Below, piece by piece: positions 1 through 12,969 of a DNA stretch of 64,000 bases. The stretch's first letter is position 1, and every line of letters starts with the position of its first letter. Location: positions 167,710,001 through 167,774,000 of the forward strand of contig JANJGN010000009.1 of the NCBI GenBank assembly GCA_026770705.1, in the 5' to 3' direction. The stretch is from Isurus oxyrinchus (lineage: Eukaryota). The notes beneath the pieces are model-generated. The model did not search any database. It saw only the letters and a list, made by a program, of their open reading frames with translations, and was not told where the DNA came from. Made by a program: the position numbers and the translations under genes.

Positions 1-330
1 GGAAAGTGGAGTTGAGGCCACAATCAGATCAGCCATGATCTTATCATATGCTCTTCTCCCTTCACAATGGGCATGGGTGGTCGGGTTGAAGTGGGGTTTG
101 GCAAGGAAGTTATATTAAACCCGTTTAAAACATTCGTTCAGCCTCAACTAGAGTATTGAGTCCAGTTCTGGGCATCACACTTTAGTAAGGGTGTGAAGGC
201 ATTAGAGAGGGCGCAGAAAAGAGTCACGACAGATAGGCCGAATAGGCTCCAGTGCTGTAACCACTCTCTTGTCGAATGGCGGAAGAGGCTCAAGGGGCCA
301 AATGGCCTACTCCTGCTCCTAATTCTATGT
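1..330 (+). mobile_element. CR1 LINE 3' fragments
   Basis: Degenerate RPQLEY.VQFW-type coding segment plus the 3' UTR motif aatggcctactcctgctcct shared with many copies in this window. Confidence 0.8.
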
Positions 331-364
331 GATCTTGTGTGTAAACCCGTCGGCCTGCTTGGTT

Positions 365-615
365 GAATGTAAAATAACCCGTGGCACTATTTTGAAGAAG
401 AGCAAGTGTCTTGGCCAATATTTATCCCACAATCGACATCACAAAAACAGGTTATCTGGTCGTTATCACATTGCTGTTTGTGGGAGCTTGCTGTGTGCAT
501 AGTGTACTGAATCCCCACATTTCCTACAACAGTGACGACACTTCAGAAAATATTTCATTGGCTGTAAAATGTGTTGAGACGTCCGTAGTCATTAAAAGTG
601 CTATATAAATGCAAG
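365..615 (+). mobile_element. Deu-domain SINE, 5'-truncated
   Basis: Colinear with the 3' part of the copy at 1660-2090 (ggccaatatttatccc...acattgctgtttgtggga...gctatataaatgcaag). Confidence 0.7.
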
Positions 616-1659
616 AATGTTTTTTTTTTCCTTTTGGTTTCCCTTTTAGAGAAACACACACACTCAGAGTAAGTTTGTGCTATGCCAGCCTTATAGATGG
701 GACTATATTATTATTATTTTATAGATGGGGCAACTGGTTGTGGGGTTGGGGGGGGCAGGGGGGGGAGCTTAGTCTAAAATGTACAGGGTGATTTGGATCA
801 CAGTTTTCTAGATAGCATGGGGATCTGATAGGGTGGATTGCGAGTTACCCTGGTTGGGTGTCTAGGACCAAGGTGGAGGAGGGCATAATCTAAAACGTGG
901 AGCCTTTCAGGATAAGTGGTGATTTGATCAGAGTTTTCAAGATATTAAAATTCTGATCAAAGATTTCAAGATATTAAAGGGAACGGATTAAGGTAGATTG
1001 GGAGTTCCGTTGGTTAAGGAGTCTAGTTCCAATTGGGGCGGGGGCATTGCTTAAAACCTAGCTTAAATCAAATATTTCAAAATATTAAGGGGAACTGATA
1101 AGATGGATTGGGAGTCCTACTGGCACTGAGAGGGAGGCATAGTTTAAAACTTAGAGCCTTTCATTATCATATTGCTGTTTGTGGGAGTTTGCTGTGTACA
1201 AAAGGGCTACCACATTTTCCTACATAACAATAGTGACAACAATGCAAAAGTACCTCACTGTCTGCAAAGCACTTAGGAAAGTCCTGACATTGTGAAAGGT
1301 ACTTTTATGTTAGTTTTCCTTTTAACCCTCCAAAATTATCTGAGGATTCTCCAGAAAGTAAACGATTTATCATTTCCTAGACACCAGCTGCAAGCAAATC
1401 AAGGGAAAGAAAGAAAAGCATCTTCAAATAGTATGATTCCCCCCTCCCCACGCTTTTTTCTTTGAACACTTCTTTATTAGTTAAAAAATATTGGAGTTCA
1501 TAGAATGATACAATTCAGAAGGAGGCCATTCATTCCATCCTGCCTGTGCTGGCTTGTTAAAAGCAATATTCAATTAATTAATACCCTCACCCCAATTGCT
1601 CCCGCTCTTTGCTTGTCAGTCTATTTTTAGCATGTTTAGGATGACTATTGTGTAGAATG

Positions 1660-2090
1660 TCAGCTGTGTCTCAGTTGGTAGCACTCTTGTCTGAGTCACA
1701 GGTTTGTGTGTTCAGGACCCACTCCAGGACTTGAGCACAAATATCGAAGATGACATTTCAGTGCAGTATTGAGGAAGAGCTGCGCTGTTAGCGGTGCCAT
1801 CTTTCAGGTAAGATGTTAAACTGAAGCCCTCCTTGGGCAGGTGTAAAAGATCCCATGGCCATTATTCTGAAGAAGAGCACAGGAGTTATCCCTGGTGTCC
1901 TGGCCAATACTTATATCTCAATCAACCTCACAAAAACTGGTTATCTGGTCATTATCATGTTATTGTTTGTGGGATTTTGTTGTCATTGCAACAGAGACTA
2001 CATTTCAAAATGTACGATATTTCAATGCCCGTAAATGCTTTGAGACATCCAGTGATCATGAAAAGCACGGTACAAATGCAAGTCTTTCTT
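1660..2090 (+). mobile_element. Near-full-length tRNA-derived Deu-domain SINE (SacSINE1/AmnSINE-like)
   Basis: Degenerate A box (ctcagttggtagc) and B box (gttcaggaccc); Deu-like core gtaaaagatcccatggc...ccctggtgtcctggccaat; tail aaatgcaagtctttctt. Family assignment is from memory, not from a search. Confidence 0.7.
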
Positions 2091-2668
2091 TCTTTTCCAT
2101 ACAATTTTCCTCTCCAAATATTTGTCCAATCTGCTTCTACCACCCTTTGAAGCATTGCGTTCCAAATCATAAGAACTCTCTGCATGATTTTTTCCCTTAT
2201 GTCGCCTCTGGTTCATTTGCCAAAGATGCGGAAAAAATGTTGTTTGACTGGGTTGGGTAGTTGGAGGTGACAAAGCCTCCAGGGACATGTCGGAATATGG
2301 TTAGCACCTTAACACACAGCAAAATGCCCTTTTGTAATAAAATCATAAGGAGACATTGGATTTGCTCCAGTGACATCAAACGAAAAATGGCCCCTTATTA
2401 GGATGGGCATAACTAATAAAAATTCAAAACCATGACACAAAAGGAAGCTTGTAAAATTAAATATTATCTCCTATGTCCGGTACACATTCCAATCCCTCTG
2501 TGTTGCTGCACCTCCTTTTTACGTTTTGAAGAGATGGGGAAACAATCAGTTTTTTTTTACGCTGGGCAATAAACACTGCTCTACAGAAAACATGAAAAAT
2601 GTCACCTGTTTAAATGAGCTTGTGTTGAGTTTCTCACTTCAGAAAAAAAGACATTCATTTTTATAATA

Positions 2669-2966
2669 CACTGTAACCTCTCCAGTCTGGAAATCTATCG
2701 TTAGAAAACGCCAATTGTCCAGAAGCTTTTAGAGCAGACCCAAGTAAGTCACGGCATCACTTTATTACATACTTTGAGAGCGGATACGTGGAAAATACCC
2801 TATTTGGATAATTGAATCAATTTTTGTTGCTGTTTACCTGAAACATAAAACAGTGGTTTCCAGTTCACATACTTGTGGTTAGGAGTTCTGGATTCTACGA
2901 CGCAGGAAATTCCAAAATCCAGAAATGACTTGGTCCCAAACATTCGGGATTGGAGAGGTTACAGTG
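2669..2966. mobile_element. Tc1/mariner-pogo (Tigger-like) MITE, 298 bp
   Basis: TIRs CACTGTAACCTCTCCAgTCtgGAA and TTCggGAtTGGAGAGGTTACAGTG, flanked by TA on both sides (2667-2668, 2967-2968). Confidence 0.9.
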
Positions 2967-5429
2967 TAGTACATCTTACACCCTGGGGATGTTCTAAAAA
3001 GTTTCACAGCCAATTAGTTACCCTTAGATCATTACTGCATAGTCGAAGGCAGGAGCCAATTGTGCACAAACAGGTCCGAAAGACAGCAATGAGATAAATA
3101 AGCAGTTCATCTGTTTTGGCGATGATGTAGGCTGAGGGATAAATGTTGATCGGAAGAACTCCCATATGTGTGTGGAATCAGTCACATCGCAAACAGGGCA
3201 TCAGCTTAAATTTAACATCTCATCCCAAAAGAGAATCTTATATCACAAAATGAAGCTCTGCACTTAAATGTCAGGGGGAATAGCGTGCTCAAACCTCTAA
3301 GAGTGAAACTTAAACCCAGAACCATGTGACTCAGAACGCCACCACTTAACCAAACGGACACCCTTTGAGCAGCACTTCAGTCATGCAACAGACACCAAAG
3401 TATCTTAAGTCTGGAGTACAGTCTTGATAGCTGCTAACCTGGCCTGTCCCTTTTAAGACCACTGCTTGAATATTTCCTATGGGCAAATGATCTACATAGG
3501 TAAATGTGTTATTTCCTGATATCAACTGCAAGGTATCTAAATTTTTGCAGCTTTTTTGACTGCAGGTTAAAAGAGGCAATTATGAAACATTCGGCTTTCT
3601 TATATTAAACGTGTTTTAAATCTGTGACCATAGTGTAATGACTGGAATTTAATGGATGCAGAATTTTATATGTATCTATATAGATATAATTGTTCAGTTA
3701 CATTGCAAACTCATTTAACAAAGTTTATTTTTGGAACAAGAGTGATATGCATTAAAAATGTTGCTTAAAAATATCTGCCATTCCTAGCAAATGTGTTTTG
3801 GATAGTTTGCTTGTCCCTTGCTTTGTTAGATACACATCTGAAACAAAATCCCTCCCCTTCCACTCCACCCCCACCACCCACCCACCGCCACCCCCCCCCC
3901 CCCCACCCCCACCCCAGACCCTTCCCCCCCCCCCCCAATTTTCTCCACTTTCTGGAAAGTTCTATCATACTGTACAGTTGTCAATATTGTCAGTCCCCAT
4001 CATAGTACCTTGCCCAAGAGGCCAATCCTCATGAGATAGCCTTGAGTGAATTTTAGCAGGCTACTTTATAGAAAAGTAAAAGTTAACAGAACAGAACGAG
4101 GCCATTCAGCCCATTGTGCCTTTGCCAGAAGAATCCAGTCTCACTTCCTTGCTCTTTCCCCACAACCCAGCAAAGGTTTTCCTTTCCAAGAATACATCCA
4201 ATTCCCTTTTGAAAGTTATTATTAAGTCTGCTTCCAGCATCCATTAAGGTAAGGCATTCCACATCAAGAAAACATTTTAAAAATCCCAATTTACCTCTGC
4301 TTCTTTTACCACAAAGTCAAGCCTAACCCTGTCCTTGTCAAATGTCCCCACAATTGGATTTTCCAACAGGATAGCAATATAGAACAGGAACCCTGAACAA
4401 TATAATGAGGTCCGTGTACTGACGCCAGCCTTTGATCACTACTGCCACGCAACTCAGATCAGCAGTTGCAACTTGATTTAGCAATTGGTTTTTCCAAGTC
4501 TGTAAACTCAACCGATAGGCTGCACATTTACCAATTAAGCCACTGGGAGAGCAGATTTTTGAGTGGGAGTGGTCATAAACTCTACTCAACAATAAAGCTG
4601 TTTTCTGTAGTGACTACAGTACTACTGTTAACAGCTGTAAAGACTTTATGGCATTTAGAAAGAGCTTCAAAACATACTTCACCCAGCAGGTGTAATAGGA
4701 AAAAACACGTGTACAATGCAAATCTCATCCGAAAAATATGATCCACTTTGATGTACATTACTTGTAAAAGTAAACACTTGCACATGTTCAGTCTTTCTTA
4801 CCCTTAAAAATTCCCCTCTGTTGACAGATCTTTGTGTCTTAGGACAATAAAATGGAAAAAAAAATGCAACAATTGGCAATAATTTAAAGAAATTGCCAGA
4901 TTAAAGTGAAATAAATCAGGTTTTAAATATGTCAACATGTAGTATTTGAGAAGCAAAATAAGGAGAATCCACTGACATTGTCACTCTTTATATTCATGAA
5001 CTGACACTGAAATAGCAATATTTTGCATATTGTTCAAGCTAATTTTCTCCATTCATCAGTTGCTGATTTTTGGGTGATTCTCAAGAACCTGGCATAAGAT
5101 TAAAGATACTTTTGCAGCTGGTAACTCCACAGGCTGTCTTGTCAGCTGCACAAGGCATCTAGTGTAGAAAAAGAGAGGGAGAGCAAGAGACTTAATTTGT
5201 CACTACCTGATGGTAGCATGAGGTGGGTCCACTCCTGGTTTCTATTGGTGATTGTCAACATCAGACAAAAAAAATTGCTGTTGTTTTATTAGTTACCCAT
5301 TACAGGCACAATACTTGTGAATGGCCAACTATGCTGTAAGATTGCATACCACATATTGCTAATAAATTGTGCTGACTTCTTGAGAAGGGAAGCAGTAACT
5401 GTCTTGAATCACTAAGGAGTAAACCTCAC

Positions 5430-6030
5430 AATGATTAGAAGACGGTGAAGTATAAAAGTAGAGAAGTCTTGCTACAACTGCACAGGGCTTTGGTGAGACC
5501 ACACCTAGAGTATCGTATACCAATTTAGACTCCCTACTTAAGAAGGGATATACTTGCATTGGAGGCAGTTCAGAGAAGATTCACTAGGCTGATTCCAGGT
5601 ATGAAGGGGTTGTCTTATGAGGAAAGGTTGAGCAGATTGGGCCTATGTTCACTGGAGTTTAGAAGAATGAGGTGCTTTTATTGAAACATAAAAGATTCTG
5701 AGGAGACACGATAGGGCAAGATGCTGAATGTTTCTCCTTGTGGGAATCTGGAACTAGGGGGCACAGTTTGAAAATAAGGGATCTCCCATTTAAAACTGAA
5801 ATGAGGGGAATTTTTTTTTATGAGGATTGCTGTCTTTGTAATTCTCTTCCACAGAGAGCAGAAGCTTGGTCATAGAATACATGCAAAGCAGACTTAGACT
5901 TAGGGAGTTGAGGGTTATGTAAACAGGCTTGTGGAACTGTGACCACAATCTGACCAGCCATGATCCTTGTGAATGGTGGAGCAGGCTTGAGGGACCAAAT
6001 GGCCTACTCCTGATTCTATTTCTTATATTA
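5430..6030 (+). mobile_element. CR1 LINE 3' fragment
   Basis: Degenerate ALVRPHLEY...LEAVQRRFTRLIPG.KGLSYEERL coding end plus CR1 3' UTR. Confidence 0.9.
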
Positions 6031-6894
6031 TGATAGACAGGGCAAAACAGTCATTCATTGGATCTGAGCATCATATATGCTACCACCACTGTAATGAGGA
6101 TTCTATGAGTGTGGAATAGAGCATCATATACCTCTGTAACTGTCAAGTGGTGTAGTATCTTTTACTGCTAATGAAGCAGATTGAGTGAGTCACTTTTATT
6201 AGCCCATGTCTTAGATATTCAGATATTCATTCATGTAACGTATCAATTGAGCAGCAATATACGTACAAAGAATATGAGGATAGCGAATAAAGGTCCTGAG
6301 ATAATGGGGAACTGAGGCATCTAGGGTCTCAGGATCCTTCCCCACTCATACTGAAGTAGCTAATCTGAGCCAGGGCACTGGGTGAAACACCACAACTGTC
6401 CTTAGCACTCCTTGACTAGGGAGGGGGAAAGAGAAATTAACCAAGTCTTGATTACTACCCAGTGATCCCAGTTGCAAAGTACATCACGTGAGGCCATCTG
6501 ATTAGGGAAAGCCTATTTCAGTAATCTCCTCCAGACCTACAACCTCTGGGAGCCCTGCCTTACTCCAATTCAAACCTCTTGTGCATTGCTCACCTCCTTT
6601 GACCTACCATTGCCATGGCTTCAGCGGTTTAGTTCAATTCACTCCTTAAACCTTTCCTCCTCCTTTAAATTCTTGAAATCTACCTCTCTGCTCACGCTTT
6701 GGGTCACCTATCCTATTTGTTGGTTAGATATTGTTGACTTATGCTCTTGTGAAGTGTCTTGAGATATTTTACTATATTAAAGTATATATAAAAAATGCAG
6801 ATTATTGATTCAGCTTAGATGTGATGCTCTTCACTGTTGAATAACCATGACAACATTCCATCTAAGGTGGCACTTGCCATTGGAGAAGTAGGCT

Positions 6895-7500
6895 CAAGCC
6901 TGCAATATCATGGCTGATCGGGTTGTGGTCTCAACTCCTGTCTGTCATCCAAAACCCTCGACTTCCTTGTCTATCAAATATATGTCTAACTCTGCCTTGA
7001 ATAAATTCAATGACACAGCCTCCACTGCTTTCTGGGAAGAGAATTCCACATAGTAACAACCCTCAGGGGAAAGAAATTCTCATCTCCATCTTAAGAGACC
7101 TCCTATTCTTAAACCATGTCCCCTATTTGCTATACCTGCAGACTACCCTTTTGAGATTCATGCACAAGGTCACCCACATCCCTCTGTACCACCAAGATCT
7201 ACAATCTCGCTCCATTTAAATAGTATATTGCTTTTCCAACGTCATACACCATCTGCCAATTTTTTTTTGTCCACTCTTAACCTGTCTCTATCCCTTTGGA
7301 GACTCGCTACCTCCTCTTGACAACTTACTTTCCTATCTTGGAGTTATCAGCAAATTTAACTACCATACATTCACTCCTATCATCTAAATCATTGATGTAG
7401 ATTGTAAATAGTTGAGGCCCCAGCATTGATTGCTGTGGCACTCCACTATTTACAGCTTACCAACCCAAGAAAGACTCATTTATCCCTACTCTCTCCCTAC
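6895..7500 (-). mobile_element. CR1 LINE fragment
   Basis: Reverse-complement CR1 3' UTR and RT remnants (LGPQLFTIYINDLD..KFAD). Confidence 0.8.
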
Positions 7501-8814
7501 ACTGAAGAATGTCCCTGTGTTACTGGAGGGTTAGAAATGCCTCTTCCTTATCCCAAAAATAGAATCAATATAAGAACAGGAATGAAAGTTGAAGTGGGGC
7601 AAAAAGGATAGTAAAACATCACAGACCAGACTAAACTTCAGACATGCAACAGAACTGGCTTCTCCACACATCATAGACAATGTGAACTATTCCAGCATTT
7701 TATTTTTGTATTAAATTTCCAGCATAGTCACAGTTTTTATTTTGTTTTCTGCAGACAGGTTGCTTGGCTTGTCTTATTTGTTCAGTTAAATAAATTTCAC
7801 CATTACTGCTCAGCAGGCCACGTGGGAGACAATATCACTTCATAAATCCAACAGTTCCGTTCCAGCAATCCTCAGCACAAAATGAGGAAGAAAGCTTTAG
7901 GTTAGACACACTGTAAATATAACATTTTTGAAAGGGCTTCAGAACATCAACACCTCCCAAGATTGACATAGTTAGTAAGTCACTTCAAGGTTTGCTCTTG
8001 TGGTTTATGACATTATCTCAACCTCAGGCAGTAGGGAAGTGGTGTGGCCCATCAATGAATTATTTTTTCCACAAACAGATAAAAACCATCAACTGCTATA
8101 CAGAAATACAGCATGCTATATAACACAGTCTGGGATAGCTTTGAACAAGGGAGTACAGAGAGCTGTAATGTACTTTGGAATTAAGGCATACAAAGACTCA
8201 GTGCAGTATGAATCAGATTTCCTCAGTTCCCCACTGTACTGGTATTATACTGGTATAAATTGTATTCACCTACAAGAGAAAAAGTTCAGTCACTCAACAA
8301 GCAAAAAGATAACCCATCAAATTCTTTTAATCATTTTTAAAAACATTTTCATTAGACTGTTTCAGCAGTGGATACAAATGTGCAAAGACTTAACAGCCAA
8401 AATTCAGAAACGCACACAGCACCAGCAGTTCTCGCTGGTAACTCAGACAAGGGACCATTCATGTGTAAATCTACTGAGCAAACCACAGCAGGCTGTTTGG
8501 TCACATGGACCATTACAGTTAGATCTTGCCCTCTCCAGAAGGCCACATGCAAGTTCTCCATTGGGAGTCAATCGACTGATCAAAAATGGGAATACTAGCT
8601 GTACATTGTTTTAAACTCCCTCCCAGCCTGGCAGCACTGAGACTAAATGTGCCAGTGCTTTTGATTCAGCTTAGATTTTAACACAAACCAAGCTTTGAGT
8701 GACTAACACTGCCAGGCTATAAAGCTCACTAAGTGCATTTACCTATTAAACCAACATAACAAAGGAGATACAAAGACCAATGCAACCTTTCAGTTCTAAT
8801 CTAAAGCAATGCAA

Positions 8815-8820
8815 TTTATT
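8815..8820 (-). promoter_or_regulatory. Candidate MED20 polyadenylation signal (AATAAA); alternative ATTAAA at 9347-9342
   Basis: First AATAAA I found on the minus strand downstream of the MED20 stop, implying a 3' UTR of about 0.9 kb. Not confirmed by transcript data. Confidence 0.4.
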
Positions 8821-8874
8821 TTCATTGAGCTGGTTGTCTGTGCAGTCGCACAAGAAGACATTAAAGGTTATTTT

Positions 8875-9050
8875 AACAAAACAGAAAATGCAGGCAAACA
8901 CACGGGCCAGGCAGCATCTGTGGAGAGAGGAGTAAATATTTCAGTTTGATGACCTTTCATCAGAATGTTTCTCTCTCTACAGATGCTGCCTAACCTGCTG
9001 AGAACGTCTAGCATTTTCAGTTATCATCTCAGATTTCCAGCGTTGCTTTT
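8875..9050. mobile_element. Penelope-like element terminal fragments in inverted arrangement
   Basis: aaaacagaaaatgc...ggcagcatctgtggagagag followed by its reverse complement ctctctacagatgctgcc...gcattttc. The same motif recurs at ~11975-12080, 17320-17415, 46525-46690 and 55720-55800. Confidence 0.7.
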
Positions 9051-9724
9051 GTTTAAGGGTTATATTGTTGTCAGGAGCAAGAGACCTTTCCACTCTTTGC
9101 ATCTTCCTCTGCTGCTTATGACTTCAATATTACACACTGTCTTCAACCAATCACTCATGTGACTTACAAATTGGTCACTGGATATGCGTGAGGACAGATA
9201 GGGCTGTACTCCCTGAAAATCTTCCCTGTATGCTTGTGAACAACTGGCTTCCACTCTTTCACAGTGGTATGGCTGAAATTGCGAAAGCTGTGGGTGCAAA
9301 CTCGAGTCAGCAGAATTCATCACATCAGGACTCTGCCTATTTTTAATTGAATGATCCTGGCCCCAAAACGCTGCAGTTATACAAGGGAGTACACACAAGC
9401 CTTGTTTGGGGGAGATTTAAAATTAATTACAAGAAAATTTTGCAGGTCAGTTTAGAACACCACCACCCAAATGTTGAGCAGCCACTATCAGCAGAGATGG
9501 AAACCATCTTTCTTTACTCCACATTCCACTCTTTTTAAACAGGAAGTATTGTGTAACATTTTTGTAGCACCTTGAATGAATCCAAAAACATTCCATATTG
9601 AAAATGTGATCTTACTGTGATTCAATCTATTAAGAATCAGCTTCACATTTTAAAAAATGAAACAAAACATAGAAAGTATGAAGTCCATATGTGGCTTAAT
9701 GCAGATTTTCTACATCAAAGCAGA

Positions 9725-9940
9725 CTATCTAATTCCGGATACCGGGGCCTGTTGTTGTTTCCGAATTTTATTGAACAGTTCCATATACTGAATAGCCGTG
9801 TCTGTCGGTGTATAAACCCCATCATGTTTTGATGAGAACACAGAAGGAGTTCCTGGTGTATGACTTCCCATGAAACTTTGCATGAATTCCATCATGAGAT
9901 TCCAACAGTCATTGGATACAATGCAAGGGCAGTATTCCAC
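9725..9940 (-). CDS. MED20: Mediator subunit 20, last coding exon (exon 4)
   Basis: Translates to [30 protein letters not shown]...[21 protein letters not shown], matching the vertebrate MED20 C-terminus. Acceptor ttctag|GTG at 9941/9940; TAG stop at 9727-9725; phase 0. Confidence 0.97.
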   Translation of the reverse strand: MEYCPCIVSNDCWNLMMEFMQSFMGSHTPGTPSVFSSKHDGVYTPTDTAIQYMELFNKIRKQQQAPVSGIR

Positions 9941-10889
9941 CTAGAATTATGAAAAACACAGTATTTATTCTTTTATAAAAGATCCTATTTAACTGCAAAT
10001 TATATCTACAGTATGCATCCTTGATCCTGGTCAGGTCCTCAGCAGAATGCGCCAAGTGGAGATCAAAGAACACATTTCCCAGTGAAAGAAGGGCAAAAAG
10101 AATACATCAGTGACATTAACCTAGCTCCCTCCTCAAACAGATGGATCAGGAGTTATTGACTACTTTGTTTTTACATCACCCAGTCGCCTTGTAGTTTTCT
10201 TGATAATGTTGTAATTACCAAAAAGGATCAATCGATTTTTCACTCCCCCCACACACCCTCCCCCCCACCCCAGGATTTCAGGCCATTACTTGGTATCTAT
10301 GCACGTGCATCATGCAGCTGTTTCTCACTGCGTTTGCAATGCCAAACCCAACTTCAAAAAACAAAACAAACTTCACAAATCAGCTGTCTCAGAATCATTC
10401 ATGTAAATGACCATGTGATTTTTAGACCATTTAACTGTCACCCAAAATAAAGGGAACCCCAAAATTCAGAGCATCCTCAATAGAAGCCGAATATCACTCA
10501 AAAAGTATACTGCAATTTTTGCTGGATGCAGGCAGCCGCTTTCCCATTTGCCACAAGTAGCAATTCATCTTTGCTCGTCGATGGGTGGCATCAACATAGA
10601 TCACACCTTCAACCACATGGGTCATACAGAGATACAGAATAAAATTCTATGGGGGAGGCACTGAGATTGCACCCAACATGGAGTATTTTAGCAAGTATAT
10701 GCTTTGTGAAAACAGTATTAAGCAATTGCTATTTACTTCAAGCATTTTATTTGTTCCTTTAAAGTTCTTCACTCAGAAAACACATTGCTTTATTGTCAAC
10801 AAAAATATCTCCAAATTGTTTATTGCTGCATTAATCCGTCTTTTTTTGTTTTAACCACTGAAAATTCAGGATAAAATACCATATTGTGT

Positions 10890-11390
10890 CTGAGATCATC
10901 CAAAACGCTGCAGCCTATACCTTAACTCGCACCAAGTCTGTTCCCCTATCACCCTGTACTCGCTGATCTACACTGCTTGACTAGGAGCCAAAGTCTTGAT
11001 TTTAAAATTCTGATCCTTGTTTTCAAATCTCTCCGTGGCCTCACTCCTCCCTATCTATGCAATCTCCTCTAGCCCCACAAGCCTCTGAGATATTTGAACT
11101 CCTTTAATTCTGCCTCTTATGCATCCCCAATTTTAAATGCTCAATCATTGGTGGCTGTGTCTTCATTTGACTAAGCCTTAGGCTCTGGAATACCTGCCTT
11201 AAATCTCTCCACCTCTCTTTCCCTCTTTAAAACACTCCTTAAAACGTCCCCCTCTTTGACCAAGCTTTTGATCATGTGATGTAATATCCCTTTATTTGGC
11301 TCGGTGTCATATTTTGTTTTATAATGCTCCCGTGAAATGCTTTGGAACATTCTAATACATTAAAGGTGCTATATAAGTATAAATTGTTCT
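10890..11390 (+). mobile_element. L2 LINE 3' end
   Basis: IQNAAA..LT.T...PI.P.LADLH.L.....DFKIL.LVFKSL.GL.PPYL C-terminal motif and tail gtgctatataagt. Confidence 0.85.
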
Positions 11391-11494
11391 TATTATGTGG
11401 CATGAGGTCCCAGGATACTTCACAAAGTGCAGGGTCAAGAAATTATGGAGAAAATCTAGGGAAGGTGGCCCAAGGAGAAACATTTTTAAAAAAG

Positions 11495-11715
11495 GCTTTG
11501 TGATAATGACTAGATAATCTGTTTTTGTGATGTTGATTTAAGGATAACTCCCTTGCTCTTTGTTGAAATGGTGCAATGGGATCTTTTACATCCATCTGAG
11601 GGGGTAGACGGGGCCGTGTTTTAACATCATATCTGAAACACAGCACCTTTGATAGTGCAGCACCCCCTCGGTACTGTACTGGAGTGTCGGCCTTGACTTT
11701 TGTGCACAAATTCTG
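11495..11715 (-). mobile_element. Deu-domain SINE fragment
   Basis: Reverse complement of the core seen at 1730-1960. Confidence 0.7.
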
Positions 11716-12969
11716 ACCATAAGTCTCCAATCTATGCTCTTCCCTTCTTATACCTGCACAACCACCTTTGATAAAATAGAATGCATCAATCTTTCACCAT
11801 GCTTAATTGGGCCCTTTCACAGATTAGAAACCAAAAGTTACTGAGCAAATTAAGTGTAGTAAGACAGTTACAATCATAATTGGAACACAGTGCAGTACAG
11901 AGTAAGCTAAACAGCAACGGAAGTAAGGCAGGCAGTCCATCATTGTTCCTTTGTAGTCAAACAAGTAATGATAGAAAATGTTGGAAACACTCTCCATGGG
12001 TCAGGCAGCATCTGTGAAGAGAGGAAGGTCAGGCTAACGTTACCCTGCCTTTCCCTCTTCACAGATGCTGCCTAGCCGTGTTTCCCATTCATAATGACAT
12101 ATGGAAAAAAACAACTCCAGGAAGAAATCAATGGGTAAATTTACTAGCACTCGCAGCTGCACTACTTTGTAGAATTATTTCTGTATCATTTCTTAAAAAA
12201 TAAGACTTCATAAAGTCCTATGGGCTCCCAATGGATAAAAGTCTAATGTTTTATTAGACTGAAACAGGAAGAGTTACAAGGCTGCTCACTGTTCTGAATG
12301 AGCCAGTCCCAACTGGATTACTGGCGGAGGGTAATCGACCTCAGGGGCTTTAGGCCTGGAAGGGTCAAACACAAAAGAAAAAGCACACCGGGGTTCTCAC
12401 TTCTGACCGCATCCTGGGAAAATCACAAATGCTGGATGAAGGCAGGACTGTACTCAGTCATGATTGCACCCACAAGCAGGCTGTGTAGATTCACAGATTA
12501 AAAATGGCTACCTGGACAAGCTACTGGTGATCTTCACTGGCAAATAGCCAGAGAGGGAGAGAAAACCTGGGATGAGGAGGACGTTACAAAGGCAGAGCTT
12601 GAGACTTTTGGCTTGGAGATCACAGTTCAAAATTAAATTCCCATCTGTTGTTCACCAGCCAGGTTTCCCCGAGAGATTAGGACTTGCCAGACCAGGTAGG
12701 GGGTGGGGGTAAAGAGAGAGGAGCTGCACATTGCTTGGCATTTGTTTTCACATCACAACTTTCGTTACTGTCAACCTACTGAACATGGAAAAATAAAAAT
12801 GGGCATTGTAGGTGAGCAAATGGAGCTATTTTCTTCTTTACTAGCACAGAAGTGTAAATTTAAAATAAATGTTTCGATATATAACCCTGTAGAAACAATG
12901 CCAGAAAAATATAAAAAGTTACGAAGAGCAAGGAGCTACAGCTGAAATCAAGACAAATAGTGAACGTAC

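Noticed and set aside
6142-6162. GTGTAGTATCT match to the U2 snRNA branch-recognition region
   Set aside because: Only about 11 nt; the flanks do not continue the U2 sequence.
8000-8614. 204-aa ORF on the plus strand
   Set aside because: GTG start, no recognisable motif or splice context, AT-rich composition; most likely a chance ORF.
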